DNA of 64,000 nucleotides from an uncultured Candidatus Woesearchaeota archaeon (GCA_963717515.1 OY970338.1:1172861-1236860); one strand, 5' to 3'. Positions 53,917-62,646 are shown, counted from the first letter of the stretch. Notes: generated by a model not told the origin, from the letters alone. Program-made: numbers and translations.

Positions 53917-54792
53917 ATGAGGACAATAACGATACTTTCAGGCAAAGGAGGGGTAGGAAAGAGCAGCATCACTGCGTCACTGGCAGTGGTTTTGTCAAGA
54001 AAACAAAAGATAATCTGCGCAGACTGCGATGTCGACGCCTCGAACCTTGCATTGGTCTTTGGAATAAGGGAAAAGGACTACGTGGAATGGGAATCATTAT
54101 CAACAAACAAAAAAGCAGAATTTGACCTTGAAAAATGCAATTCATGTGGAAAATGCCATGAAAACTGCTATTTTGATGCTATAGAGTTTGAAGATGATAA
54201 GCCGAGGCTGAAAGAGTTCAGCTGTGAAGGGTGCGGTGTCTGCGAACTGGTATGTCCGGCAGATGCAGTAAGCATGGTTGACATAGACAATGCAAAAATC
54301 GGCTATGCCGACACCAGATATGGTTTTAGTGTAGTTTCAGCGCAGCTTGATATAGGGGGCTCCGGCTCAGGAAAGGTCGTAAGCGAGGTCAAGAAAAAAG
54401 CAAGGGCCCTTGCAGGCGATACAGAAATCATGCTGGTCGACTCTGCAGCAGGAATAGGGTGCCCTGTCATCGCATCTGTTGCAGGAAGCGACCATGCCAT
54501 TGTAGTTGCAGAGCCCACCCCGTCAGGGTTCTCTGACATGAAGAGGGCCATAGAGGTCGTCTCGCAATTCAGGATACCTTATAGCATAATCATCAATAAA
54601 TTCGACCTCAGCACGGAGTTCACTAGGGAAATCGATGATTTTGCCATGGATAAATCAGCAGAAGTCATTTTGAAGATACCTTATGACATTGCGTTTGCAC
54701 AGGCCCTGGTAAAAATGGTGCCGATAGTCGAGCATGATACGCGTTTTGAAATATTTTTTAATGCATTAGCTGATGGATTGGCATTACAATAA
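53917..54792 (+). CDS. MinD/ParA-type P-loop ATPase with an inserted 2x[4Fe-4S] ferredoxin domain (second paralog)
   Basis: SGKGGVGKSS, CNSCGKCHENC and CEGCGVCELVCP. The ATG at 53917 is preferred over the TTG at 53911. Confidence 0.85.
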   Translation: MRTITILSGKGGVGKSSITASLAVVLSRKQKIICADCDVDASNLALVFGIREKDYVEWESLSTNKKAEFDLEKCNSCGKCHENCYFDAIEFEDDKPRLKEFSCEGCGVCELVCPADAVSMVDIDNAKIGYADTRYGFSVVSAQLDIGGSGSGKVVSEVKKKARALAGDTEIMLVDSAAGIGCPVIASVAGSDHAIVVAEPTPSGFSDMKRAIEVVSQFRIPYSIIINKFDLSTEFTREIDDFAMDKSAEVILKIPYDIAFAQALVKMVPIVEHDTRFEIFFNALADGLALQ

Positions 54793-54793
54793 T

Positions 54794-54804
54794 CTTTATA
54801 TATA
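54794..54804 (+). promoter_or_regulatory. TATA box upstream of pheS
   Basis: ctttatatata is centred ~27 nt upstream of the ATG at 54826. No SD is present, consistent with a leaderless mRNA. Confidence 0.55.
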
Positions 54805-54825
54805 CCTTCTCTAATCTCTCTCCTG

Positions 54826-56355
54826 ATGGATATAAATTCGCTCATCGACAAGCTGCATCCTCTTGAGAGGAAGGTGCTTCCTGCTCTTGAGAAGACCTCG
54901 TCATTCTCTGAGATTGCACAGCTGTCCGAACTCAAGAAAGTAGAGGTCATGAGGGCCCTTCAATGGCTTGAGAACAAGAAGCTCGTGATAATCAATGATG
55001 AATCTGCTGAGATGGTAAGCCTCGGCGCAAACGGGAAAAAGTACCTCAAGAAAGGGCTTCCAGAAAGGAGGCTTCTCGATTGCATCGATGACGAGATGCT
55101 CCTCAGCAGCCTGTCTGAAAAAGCAGGCGTATCAAAGGATGAGATAAATATCACGATAGGGGTCCTCAGGAAAAGGGCAGCCATTGAGATAGAGAAGCTT
55201 GAGAACGACCTCAAGATAAGGCTTACTGCCCAAGGCAGGCAGCTTAAGTCAAAGGAATCTCTGGAGGAGAAATTCCTGAAGAAAGGATTTCCTATCCGGC
55301 TTGACGAGCTGAGGGACGAGGACAGGTTCGCATTCACAGAGCTCAGGAAAAGGAAGGACATCCTCAAGATTGAGATTGTCAAGACCAAGACACCGGAGCT
55401 CACTGATTCCGGAAGGGAGGTGCTCAGGCATAACCTTGATGTGGATTACATAGAGCGCCTGACACCAGCGATACTCAAGGCCGGGCTCTGGAAAAACAGG
55501 AAATTCAGGAAGTACGATGTTGAGATAAATGTCCCGAAGATACATGGGGGCAAGAGGCATTTTGTCGACCAGGCGACAAGCTACATAAAGAAGGTCTGGC
55601 TTGAGCTTGGGTTCGTCGAGATGGAAGGAGCCCTTGTCCAGACATCGTTCTGGGACCTGGATGCGCTGTTCGTCCCGCAGGATCATCCGGCCAGGGATGA
55701 GCAGGACACGTTCTTCATAAAGGACCCGAAATATGGAAAGCTTCCTGCAAAATTCAAAGACAGGGTCAGGCAAGCGCATGAGAACGGTGCAAAGACAGGG
55801 AGCAGGGGCTGGCAATACAAATGGTCGCCAGACATCGCCAGAGAAAACCTGCTGCGGACACATACGACAGTGCTCTCAGCTCAGACAATATCAAAACTCA
55901 AAGAGAGCGACCTCCCTGCGAAATTCTTCTCTGTAAAGAAGGTGTTCAGGAACGAGACACTTGACTGGACACATCTCTTCGAGCTCACACAGGTCGAGGG
56001 CATTGTCATCGATCCGGATGCGAATTTCAACCACCTGATAGGATATCTCAAGAACTTCTTTGAGAAATTAGGTTATCCTGATGTGAGGGTCCGTCCCGGT
56101 CATTTCCCATATACAGAGCCCTCGGCTGAGGTCGATGTCTGGCATCCCGTGAAGAAGAAATGGGTCGAGCTTGGTGGCTCGGGGATGTTTCGCCCTGAAG
56201 TTGTACAGCCGCTCATCGGAAAGCCTGTGCCCGTGCTTGCATGGGGGCTCGGGCTTGAGAGGTCGATAATGGAGAATTTCAGCATAACTGACATCAGGAT
56301 GCTCTACAAGAACGACCTGAAGCAGCTCAGGGAGATAAAAACATGGATGAGGTAG
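54826..56355 (+). CDS. pheS: Phenylalanine--tRNA ligase alpha subunit (archaeal type)
   Basis: Class II core motifs (FVPQDHPARDEQDTFF, LLRTHTT, FRNETLD..H..EF.Q.EG, GSGMFRPEV) with a long archaeal N-terminal wHTH region. Confidence 0.93.
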   Translation: MDINSLIDKLHPLERKVLPALEKTSSFSEIAQLSELKKVEVMRALQWLENKKLVIINDESAEMVSLGANGKKYLKKGLPERRLLDCIDDEMLLSSLSEKAGVSKDEINITIGVLRKRAAIEIEKLENDLKIRLTAQGRQLKSKESLEEKFLKKGFPIRLDELRDEDRFAFTELRKRKDILKIEIVKTKTPELTDSGREVLRHNLDVDYIERLTPAILKAGLWKNRKFRKYDVEINVPKIHGGKRHFVDQATSYIKKVWLELGFVEMEGALVQTSFWDLDALFVPQDHPARDEQDTFFIKDPKYGKLPAKFKDRVRQAHENGAKTGSRGWQYKWSPDIARENLLRTHTTVLSAQTISKLKESDLPAKFFSVKKVFRNETLDWTHLFELTQVEGIVIDPDANFNHLIGYLKNFFEKLGYPDVRVRPGHFPYTEPSAEVDVWHPVKKKWVELGGSGMFRPEVVQPLIGKPVPVLAWGLGLERSIMENFSITDIRMLYKNDLKQLREIKTWMR

Positions 56356-56362
56356 GACAAAA

Positions 56363-57022
56363 ATGGAAACAATCGACATGATTACATCGTTTTTCAAGTC
56401 ACCGACAAAATTTTTCAGCACCGTGAAGGGAGACAAGGGATACAAGAAACCGTGGATGTATTATCTTGCGATTACAGCAGTCTATTATGCGGTGACTTAC
56501 ATATTCCAGATCCCTTCGATATTTATCGGCGGAGCTATCTCCGGAGGGACATCCAGCCTGATTTCACCATCCCTGAATCTAGTGCTGATGCTTGTAATAT
56601 ACATATTCATATTTGCATTATCTCTTGGCCTGGTATTTGTGTCTGCAGCCATAATGCACCTGTTCCTGATGATTGTGGGCACCAAGAAGAGATATCAAGA
56701 GACATTCAAGCTCGTATGCTATGCTTCAACACCATTGCTCATCATTGCGCCCTTCAATCTGCTCAGCATTATACCAATAATAGGGCCTTTGATTTTGCTG
56801 ATGGTCATATTTGCTGTGGCAGTTTATGTGATGGTGATAGAGGTAATCGGCGCGAAAGTCCTCCATGATATCTCCACTGCAAGGGCTGTCGTGGGCGTTG
56901 TAGTCATTCCGCTGGTGCTGGCCCTGATAATATTTTTAATCGTTGCGGCGATGCTGATAGGATTGATAATGGCAGTCTCTAAATCAGGAGGTCTTACAGG
57001 GCTTGTGACAGGCTCGCTTTGA
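56363..57022 (+). CDS. Multi-pass membrane protein, Yip1-domain-like (tentative)
   Basis: About five predicted TM helices follow a short soluble N-terminus. The arrangement is typical of prokaryotic YIP1/DUF1282 proteins. Confidence 0.5.
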   Translation: METIDMITSFFKSPTKFFSTVKGDKGYKKPWMYYLAITAVYYAVTYIFQIPSIFIGGAISGGTSSLISPSLNLVLMLVIYIFIFALSLGLVFVSAAIMHLFLMIVGTKKRYQETFKLVCYASTPLLIIAPFNLLSIIPIIGPLILLMVIFAVAVYVMVIEVIGAKVLHDISTARAVVGVVVIPLVLALIIFLIVAAMLIGLIMAVSKSGGLTGLVTGSL

Positions 57023-57645
57023 GGATCAATATGGACAGCACAGTAAAAAAGGCGATGGAGAACCTTGAGAAAGGGAATATCAAGTGCCATTTTGCCAAAG
57101 ACAGGCAGGAAGCTAGAAATATTGTGATGTCCATGATAAATAAGGGTGATGTGATTGGTTATGGCGGCTCATCGACTCTTGATGAATGCGGGATCCGGGA
57201 TGAGCTGAGAAAAAAAGGCTACAATCTCCTTGACTGGCAGAAAGATGGGACAACGCCTGAGGACAAGAAGAAGATTCTTGAACAGACAATGACATGCGAC
57301 GTGTTCCTGTCAGGGTCGAATGCTGTCACGATGGATGGCAAGCTCTATAATGTGGATGGCAGGGGAAACAGGGTATCAGCATTGACATTCGGTCCGAAGA
57401 AGGTGATTGTGGTTGCAGGAAAGAACAAGCTGGTCAGGAACCTGCTTGAGGCAAGGGAGAGAGTGGATACGATTGCAGGACCTTTGAATGCAAGGCGCCT
57501 TGACAGGAAGACCGGATGCATCGCAGCAGGATTCTGTGTGGACTGCGACTCTCCTGAAAGGATTTGCAGGCATTACATGGTGACTGACAGGCAGTATCCT
57601 GGAAGGATGAGCGTAATCATTGTCAATGAGAATCTGGGATTTTAA
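57019..57645 (+). CDS. LUD-domain (lactate-utilisation LutB/C-like, DUF162) protein
   Basis: GYGGSSTL, VFLSGSNAVTMDGKLYNVDGRGNRVSAL.FGP.KVIVVAGKNK and ..C..CDSPERIC. Confidence 0.65.
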   Translation: MRINMDSTVKKAMENLEKGNIKCHFAKDRQEARNIVMSMINKGDVIGYGGSSTLDECGIRDELRKKGYNLLDWQKDGTTPEDKKKILEQTMTCDVFLSGSNAVTMDGKLYNVDGRGNRVSALTFGPKKVIVVAGKNKLVRNLLEARERVDTIAGPLNARRLDRKTGCIAAGFCVDCDSPERICRHYMVTDRQYPGRMSVIIVNENLGF

Positions 57646-57647
57646 AC

Positions 57648-59300
57648 ATGCCGACAATAACTGTAAGCAGGAAAGAATTCGAGAAGCTTTCAAAAAGCAA
57701 GCTTCCGGAGAAGGAGCTGAGGGACAGGATAGGATACCTCGGGACAGACCTTGATGATATCACCAAGGACGAGATAACAGTAGAGATATTTCCGAACAGG
57801 CCTGACATGCTCTCGGTGCAGGGCTTTGCCAGGGCATTCTCATCATTCACCGGAAAAGAGACAGGGCTTCGCGAGTACAAGGTGCTTGATTCCAAAGAGG
57901 AAGTGATTATCGACAGGTCAGTCAAAGATGTCAGGCCATTCACGGCATGCGCGATTGTCAAGGGCATCAGTTATGATGATGACAAGATAAGGGAGGTCAT
58001 CCAGCTCCAGGAGAAGCTCCATGTGACTTACGGCAGGAACAGGAGGAAGGTAGCGATTGGCATCTATCCTTTTGAGAAGATAAGGCCTCCGATAAAATTC
58101 CTTGCCAGGAAGCCCAATGACATCAAATTCCAGCCTCTGGAATTTTCGAGGCCGATATCTGCAAGCCAGATACTCAAAACTCATCCAGCTGGCAGGGATT
58201 ATGCACATCTCCTTGAAGGACTGAAGACCTATCCACTTTTCATAGACGCTGATGACAAAATACTTTCGATGCCGCCGATAGTCAACTCCCACAGCACAGG
58301 AAAGATCACAGAGAAGACAAGGGATGTCTTCATAGAATGTTCCGGCTTCGACTTTGCAGTGATTGAAAAATGCCTAAATATCATAGTCTGCGCACTGGCT
58401 GAGATGGGTGGCAGGATATATTCCATGAAGCTGAGATACCCTGACAGGACATATACCACCCCTAACCTTAAGCCGTCAGCCATGAAGCTGGACCTGGGAT
58501 TCATCAACAAATGGCTCGGTCTGGAGCTCAAGGAGAAAGAAGCCAAAAAATACCTTGAGAAGATGGGATATGGTTACAAGGCAGGCAAGGCGATGATCCC
58601 TGCATACAGGGCAGATATACTTCACCAGGTAGACCTGGCTGAGGATATGGCAATCGCATATGGTTATGACCAGTTTGTGCCGGCAATCCCTAATGTCGCT
58701 ACAATAGGAAGGGAGAGCCCTTTCGAGGCTTTCAAGAGCAAGGTCGCTGATATCCTGGCAGGCCTGGGGCTCCTGGAAGTGAACACCTATAACCTTACGA
58801 ACCGAGAATTCCAGTGCAAGAAGATGGAGGTGGAAATGCCCCTCATCGAGCTTGCGAACTCATTGTCTTCAGAATATGATGTCCTGAGGGCGTGGGTCAC
58901 GCCGTCGATGCTTGAGATATTCAGGAACAACAAGCACCATGATTACCCGCAGAAGATATTCGGCATCGGCACAGTGTTTCGGAAAAACACCAAATTCGAG
59001 ACGAATATAGAGGAGAATGACAGGCTCTGTGTTGCATTATGCAGTGACAGGACTGATTTCACTGAAATCCGCCAGGTGCTCGATTACCTCTTCAGGCAGA
59101 TAGACATAAGCTATGATGTTGTCGAGACAGTCCATAATTCATTCATCAATGGCAGAGTCGGAAGGGTGGTCGCAAACAGCAAGAAAGTTGCATATGTGGG
59201 AGAGATATCTCCCGTCGTGCTAGGCAATTTCAATCTAGAGATGCCTGTCACATTACTGGAGCTGAACCTTACAGAGCTCTTCAGCACTCTTAAGTATTAA
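57648..59300 (+). CDS. pheT: Phenylalanine--tRNA ligase beta subunit (archaeal type)
   Basis: MPTITVSRKEFEKL...EIFPNRPDMLS (B3_4/B5 architecture), 550 aa, typical of archaeal PheT. Confidence 0.92.
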   Translation: MPTITVSRKEFEKLSKSKLPEKELRDRIGYLGTDLDDITKDEITVEIFPNRPDMLSVQGFARAFSSFTGKETGLREYKVLDSKEEVIIDRSVKDVRPFTACAIVKGISYDDDKIREVIQLQEKLHVTYGRNRRKVAIGIYPFEKIRPPIKFLARKPNDIKFQPLEFSRPISASQILKTHPAGRDYAHLLEGLKTYPLFIDADDKILSMPPIVNSHSTGKITEKTRDVFIECSGFDFAVIEKCLNIIVCALAEMGGRIYSMKLRYPDRTYTTPNLKPSAMKLDLGFINKWLGLELKEKEAKKYLEKMGYGYKAGKAMIPAYRADILHQVDLAEDMAIAYGYDQFVPAIPNVATIGRESPFEAFKSKVADILAGLGLLEVNTYNLTNREFQCKKMEVEMPLIELANSLSSEYDVLRAWVTPSMLEIFRNNKHHDYPQKIFGIGTVFRKNTKFETNIEENDRLCVALCSDRTDFTEIRQVLDYLFRQIDISYDVVETVHNSFINGRVGRVVANSKKVAYVGEISPVVLGNFNLEMPVTLLELNLTELFSTLKY

Positions 59301-59341
59301 ATGATCATCTCAAATATCAATCCATAAGAACAAGCGGTTCC

Positions 59342-59902
59342 TTAATCCTTCTTCACAGCCTTTTTCTTGGAAACAGTCTTTTTCTTTGCAGGCTGCTTGT
59401 CTTCTGCGATTTGCTTCTTCACTTCTTTCTTGGCTGATTCTTTTTTCAACGCAGGTTTTGTCTTCTCTTCTCCTGCTATCTTTTCTTCTATCTTGTCTTC
59501 AGTCTTTTCCTTTTTCACTTCTGGCTTTGCTTCCTTCTTCTCTTCCTTATCCTTTTTCTTCAATTCAATTTTCGTCTTTTTCTTCTCTTTCTTGCTGACG
59601 GGCCTATCTTTCTTTGTCTTTGATTTCCTCGGCCTCTCTATCTTTTCTTTCATCTCCTTCTGGGCCTTTTCAGAACATTCAATGCCTTCTTTGTTCAGTG
59701 CTGAGACAACTTCCTTGTTGGAGGCATCCTTCTTGAGTTTTATGACTTTATCAAGAGGCAGGAGATGGGATATGTTGCATTTCCTCCTCCTGGTCTGGCC
59801 GTCAATCATGACATATACTTCGTCTAGAACATCGATTATGACACACTTCTTGCCTGCATCCCTGCCGGCAATCTTGACACAAACCCTTCCTATTTCAAAC
59901 AT
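59342..59902 (-). CDS. rpl14e: Ribosomal protein eL14 (L14e) with a ~100-aa Lys/Glu-rich C-terminal extension
   Basis: KOW-like MFEIGRVCVKIAGRDAGKKCVIIDV. The ATG at 59902 is preferred; a GTG at 59911 would overlap the rpl34e stop. The tail is KKEKKKTKIELKKKDKEEKKEAKPEVKKEK... Confidence 0.85.
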   Translation of the reverse strand: MFEIGRVCVKIAGRDAGKKCVIIDVLDEVYVMIDGQTRRRKCNISHLLPLDKVIKLKKDASNKEVVSALNKEGIECSEKAQKEMKEKIERPRKSKTKKDRPVSKKEKKKTKIELKKKDKEEKKEAKPEVKKEKTEDKIEEKIAGEEKTKPALKKESAKKEVKKQIAEDKQPAKKKTVSKKKAVKKD

Positions 59903-59907
59903 CAGCT

Positions 59908-60174
59908 TCACTCTCTTGATCTATCAACTATTTTCTTTCTCATGCAGGCTGAGCAGAGGACACCGCCGTATGGCCTCTCAGGTCTCTTCTTGCTCTTTGG
60001 CATGTTCTGCATCTTGACCGGCCTTTCTCTGGCGACACCTTTCAGGACAGCACCGCAGCTGCTGCATTTGCCCATCGCGGGCTTCCTTTTCTTGTACATA
60101 AGCTTGGTTTCTCCGCCCGGGGTCTTTACAAATACCCTCCTGAGCGTCCGTGATCTGTGTCCTGGTTTTGGCAT
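59908..60174 (-). CDS. rpl34e: Ribosomal protein eL34 (L34e)
   Basis: HRSRTLRRVFVKTPGG and the zinc-knuckle pairs CSSCG...CSAC. Confidence 0.9.
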   Translation of the reverse strand: MPKPGHRSRTLRRVFVKTPGGETKLMYKKRKPAMGKCSSCGAVLKGVARERPVKMQNMPKSKKRPERPYGGVLCSACMRKKIVDRSRE

Positions 60175-60253
60175 TCTTAAACCTCTTGACCCTTGGAAAA
60201 AGAAGTCATTTAAAAAGCTTGCGGTGATTGTTATCTTTCAGAGGTAAATCCAA

Positions 60254-61054
60254 TCAATATACCTTCAATACCTTCCTCATAAGGATGCTGAATATTATGG
60301 AGAAGACTATGTAAGTCCCCAGCCAGCCGAACCCCCCTACCCATGGTATGCTTCCAAGCAAGGGAATCTCCTTGAATGGCTGGATCTTCTTGTTGCTGAT
60401 GGTCAGGCTCTGCAGACCTGAATCTTTTGAAAGGCCAAGGTCGCCTGGGTTCAGCACAGGTTTTGCATACTGCCTGTCACCCATGCTGCTGGTTATGATA
60501 AGGCTGTGGCTGAATTCTGTCCCGTCCAGCTTGTAATCCAATGTGTAAGTGCCGGCATCACCTTCCAGGGCCCAGTCCACGCTGTTGCTCTGGATTGTCT
60601 GGGTCGCTTCATCGAGGAGCGTAATCCCCTGAGGGGCTGTCATCGTGACCGAGCCTGTAGTCCCGTCAGCGAAATTGATGACTACTGAAAATTGATTGCC
60701 TGCCACAAGCGGGTAATATGCCATGTGGGCATTAAGCCAGCCGAAGATGAGGATGATCGGTATGAATGTGAAAAGGGTAGGCTTGAACGAGTGCATCATG
60801 TACTTGGTGTTGGTCTCCATAGCCTGCTTCTGTATCTTCATCATCTGCTCAGGCTTGTCCTTGAGCTCTTTCATCTGCTTCTGGAGGTCCTTTATCTCAG
60901 TCTTGAGATCCTTCATCAGGTTCTGGTCTGTGACCTTCTTGTATATCAGCACTATCATCAGAGAGATAAGGAATGAGATGAGGACTATAGCAATGAATGG
61001 ATCCATCTTTAGAAGAGGGGAAAACACCGGGTTCAACAGGTCGCTGAATGCCAT
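60254..61054 (-). CDS. DUF106/EMC3-TMCO1-like membrane insertase homologue (archaeal YidC/Oxa1-like) with an enlarged TM2-TM3 loop
   Basis: TM1, a Lys/Glu coiled coil (KDLKTEIKDLQKQMKELKDKPEQMMKIQKQAMETN), TM2, a ~125-aa beta-rich insert and TM3. Its position next to secY is typical for this family. Confidence 0.75.
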   Translation of the reverse strand: MAFSDLLNPVFSPLLKMDPFIAIVLISFLISLMIVLIYKKVTDQNLMKDLKTEIKDLQKQMKELKDKPEQMMKIQKQAMETNTKYMMHSFKPTLFTFIPIILIFGWLNAHMAYYPLVAGNQFSVVINFADGTTGSVTMTAPQGITLLDEATQTIQSNSVDWALEGDAGTYTLDYKLDGTEFSHSLIITSSMGDRQYAKPVLNPGDLGLSKDSGLQSLTISNKKIQPFKEIPLLGSIPWVGGFGWLGTYIVFSIIFSILMRKVLKVY

Positions 61055-61122
61055 TTTTTTTTACGCTCTTTTTTATGAATTGGATAATCCTATATATATG
61101 TTGTCAATTAAAAAATATTTGC

Positions 61123-61156
61123 TTACTCCATCATCTTTCTCAATATTGGGTGCATA
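61123..61156 (-). repeat. Degenerate duplicate of the secY 3' end (33/34 nt match to 61257-61290)
   Basis: ttactccatcatctttctcaatattgggtgcata vs ctactccatcatctttctcaatatggggtgcata. Read on the minus strand, the duplicate still encodes ..HPILRKMME-stop. Confidence 0.85.
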
Positions 61157-61200
61157 CCGCATCCATCTTTTGGATAAAAGCTGGACCAAATCCCCTTAAA

Positions 61201-61225
61201 TACAATTTGTCTGGGACAAATTGTA
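61201..61225. other. Perfect hairpin/inverted repeat (11-bp arms, 3-nt loop) just downstream of secY
   Basis: tacaatttgtc-tgg-gacaaattgta lies 32 nt beyond the secY stop codon. Confidence 0.6.
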
Positions 61226-61256
61226 TGAACCTTGCTGCAGTATTGTCCCCCTTTAC

Positions 61257-62645
61257 CTACTCCATCATCTTTCTCAATATGGGGTGCATATCCATCATGT
61301 GCTGCTGTGCAATCTCCTCATACAGGTTGTAGACTATCATGACAGTGAGCAGTATACCTGTTCCGCGCGATAGCGCGCCGGAAAGGTCTGCCATGGCAGC
61401 AAGAATGCCAATGACTATTGCGCCCATGAATGTCAATGGGTTTATGTACCTGTCAAGCAGGCGCTCAAGCACACGCTGGTCCTTGCGAAAGCCTGGTATC
61501 TGGAGACCGGATGCCATTATCTGCTTTGCCTGGCTCTTTGCATCCATGCCAGCTGTCTGTACCCAAAAATATGAGAATATGACACATCCTATGATCATGG
61601 CTATGACATATATGAATGCCCTGAGATATGTGTTCCAGCCAATCAGTATCCCACCCTGCCTAATGATATCACCGACAATGTCAGGAGGCTGTATCCATGC
61701 CACAATGCCATTGTTGCCAACAAGCCAGGACTGCACACCCCACTGCTGGAGAAGCCTAACCCATAGCTGGATATTTGCAAATAGCGCTGATACAAGGATT
61801 ACCGGGATATTGCTTGTGTAGACAAAGCTAAGCGGCCATCTGATACCATGCCCCCTTACCCTGCCGAATGAGAGCGGTATCTCCACTTTCATCGACTGCG
61901 CATAGACTGCAACGACAAAAACGACTACTGTCGACACTATGGCAGCCACTGCAAGACCTGCATTGATAGGATCTGAGGCTGCAAGCGCCTGGAAGAACTG
62001 CCAAACCTTACCTACACTATATGTATATCCGCTGCCGACAGTCGTGCTCTGCGCCCATGAAAATGCCCTGACGAAAATCTCCTGCGACACGCCTGCAGCG
62101 ATGAACAAGCTGATTCCTGAGCCGAAGCCCCATTTAGAGACTATCTCATCCATGAAAAGGATGAGTATGCCCCCGAGGAACAGCTGGAATATCAGGACAA
62201 GCTGTAACTGGAACTTGAGAGCGCCTGTTATGCCTACAGCCGGTGCAAGACCTCCCATGAACACATAAATGGAAGCCTCGAAGAGTATGAAGAATATGGA
62301 CAATGCTTTCTGGATGCCCTGGAAAGTCTGCTTGCCTTCATCTGTGGTCAGGTCGAACTTGAATATGCCTGAGCCGTTAAGCAGCTGAAGGACTATGGAA
62401 GCTGTGACGATAGGCCCAATGCCCAAGGATATTATCGAGCCGAAGCTGGCGCCAAGGATGATCGAGAGATATTCGAACTGCTGTAATGAGTTCTGGCCGA
62501 GCCCGAACAGAGGGATCAGCCCGAGCACATAGAAGAGTACAAGGATGATGCCTGTCCATTTGAGCTTCTCCTTGAATGAAAGCCTCTTTTGGGTCGGAGG
62601 CGTAACCTCCGGGAGGTTGTTCAGGATGTTTTTAAAAAAAGACAT
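61257..62645 (-). CDS. secY: Preprotein translocase subunit SecY
   Basis: 462 aa, 10-TM pattern, N-terminus LPEV..P......SFKEKLKWT, in the conserved position after uL15. Confidence 0.95.
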   Translation of the reverse strand: MSFFKNILNNLPEVTPPTQKRLSFKEKLKWTGIILVLFYVLGLIPLFGLGQNSLQQFEYLSIILGASFGSIISLGIGPIVTASIVLQLLNGSGIFKFDLTTDEGKQTFQGIQKALSIFFILFEASIYVFMGGLAPAVGITGALKFQLQLVLIFQLFLGGILILFMDEIVSKWGFGSGISLFIAAGVSQEIFVRAFSWAQSTTVGSGYTYSVGKVWQFFQALAASDPINAGLAVAAIVSTVVVFVVAVYAQSMKVEIPLSFGRVRGHGIRWPLSFVYTSNIPVILVSALFANIQLWVRLLQQWGVQSWLVGNNGIVAWIQPPDIVGDIIRQGGILIGWNTYLRAFIYVIAMIIGCVIFSYFWVQTAGMDAKSQAKQIMASGLQIPGFRKDQRVLERLLDRYINPLTFMGAIVIGILAAMADLSGALSRGTGILLTVMIVYNLYEEIAQQHMMDMHPILRKMME

Positions 62646-62646
62646 T

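Noticed and set aside
59909-59911. A GTG start for eL14 overlapping the eL34 stop (GTGA), giving MKLMFEIGRV.
   Set aside because: The downstream ATG at 59902 yields the usual family N-terminus (MFEIGRV..). The GTG cannot be excluded, but it is not needed, so the ATG was annotated and the alternative noted.
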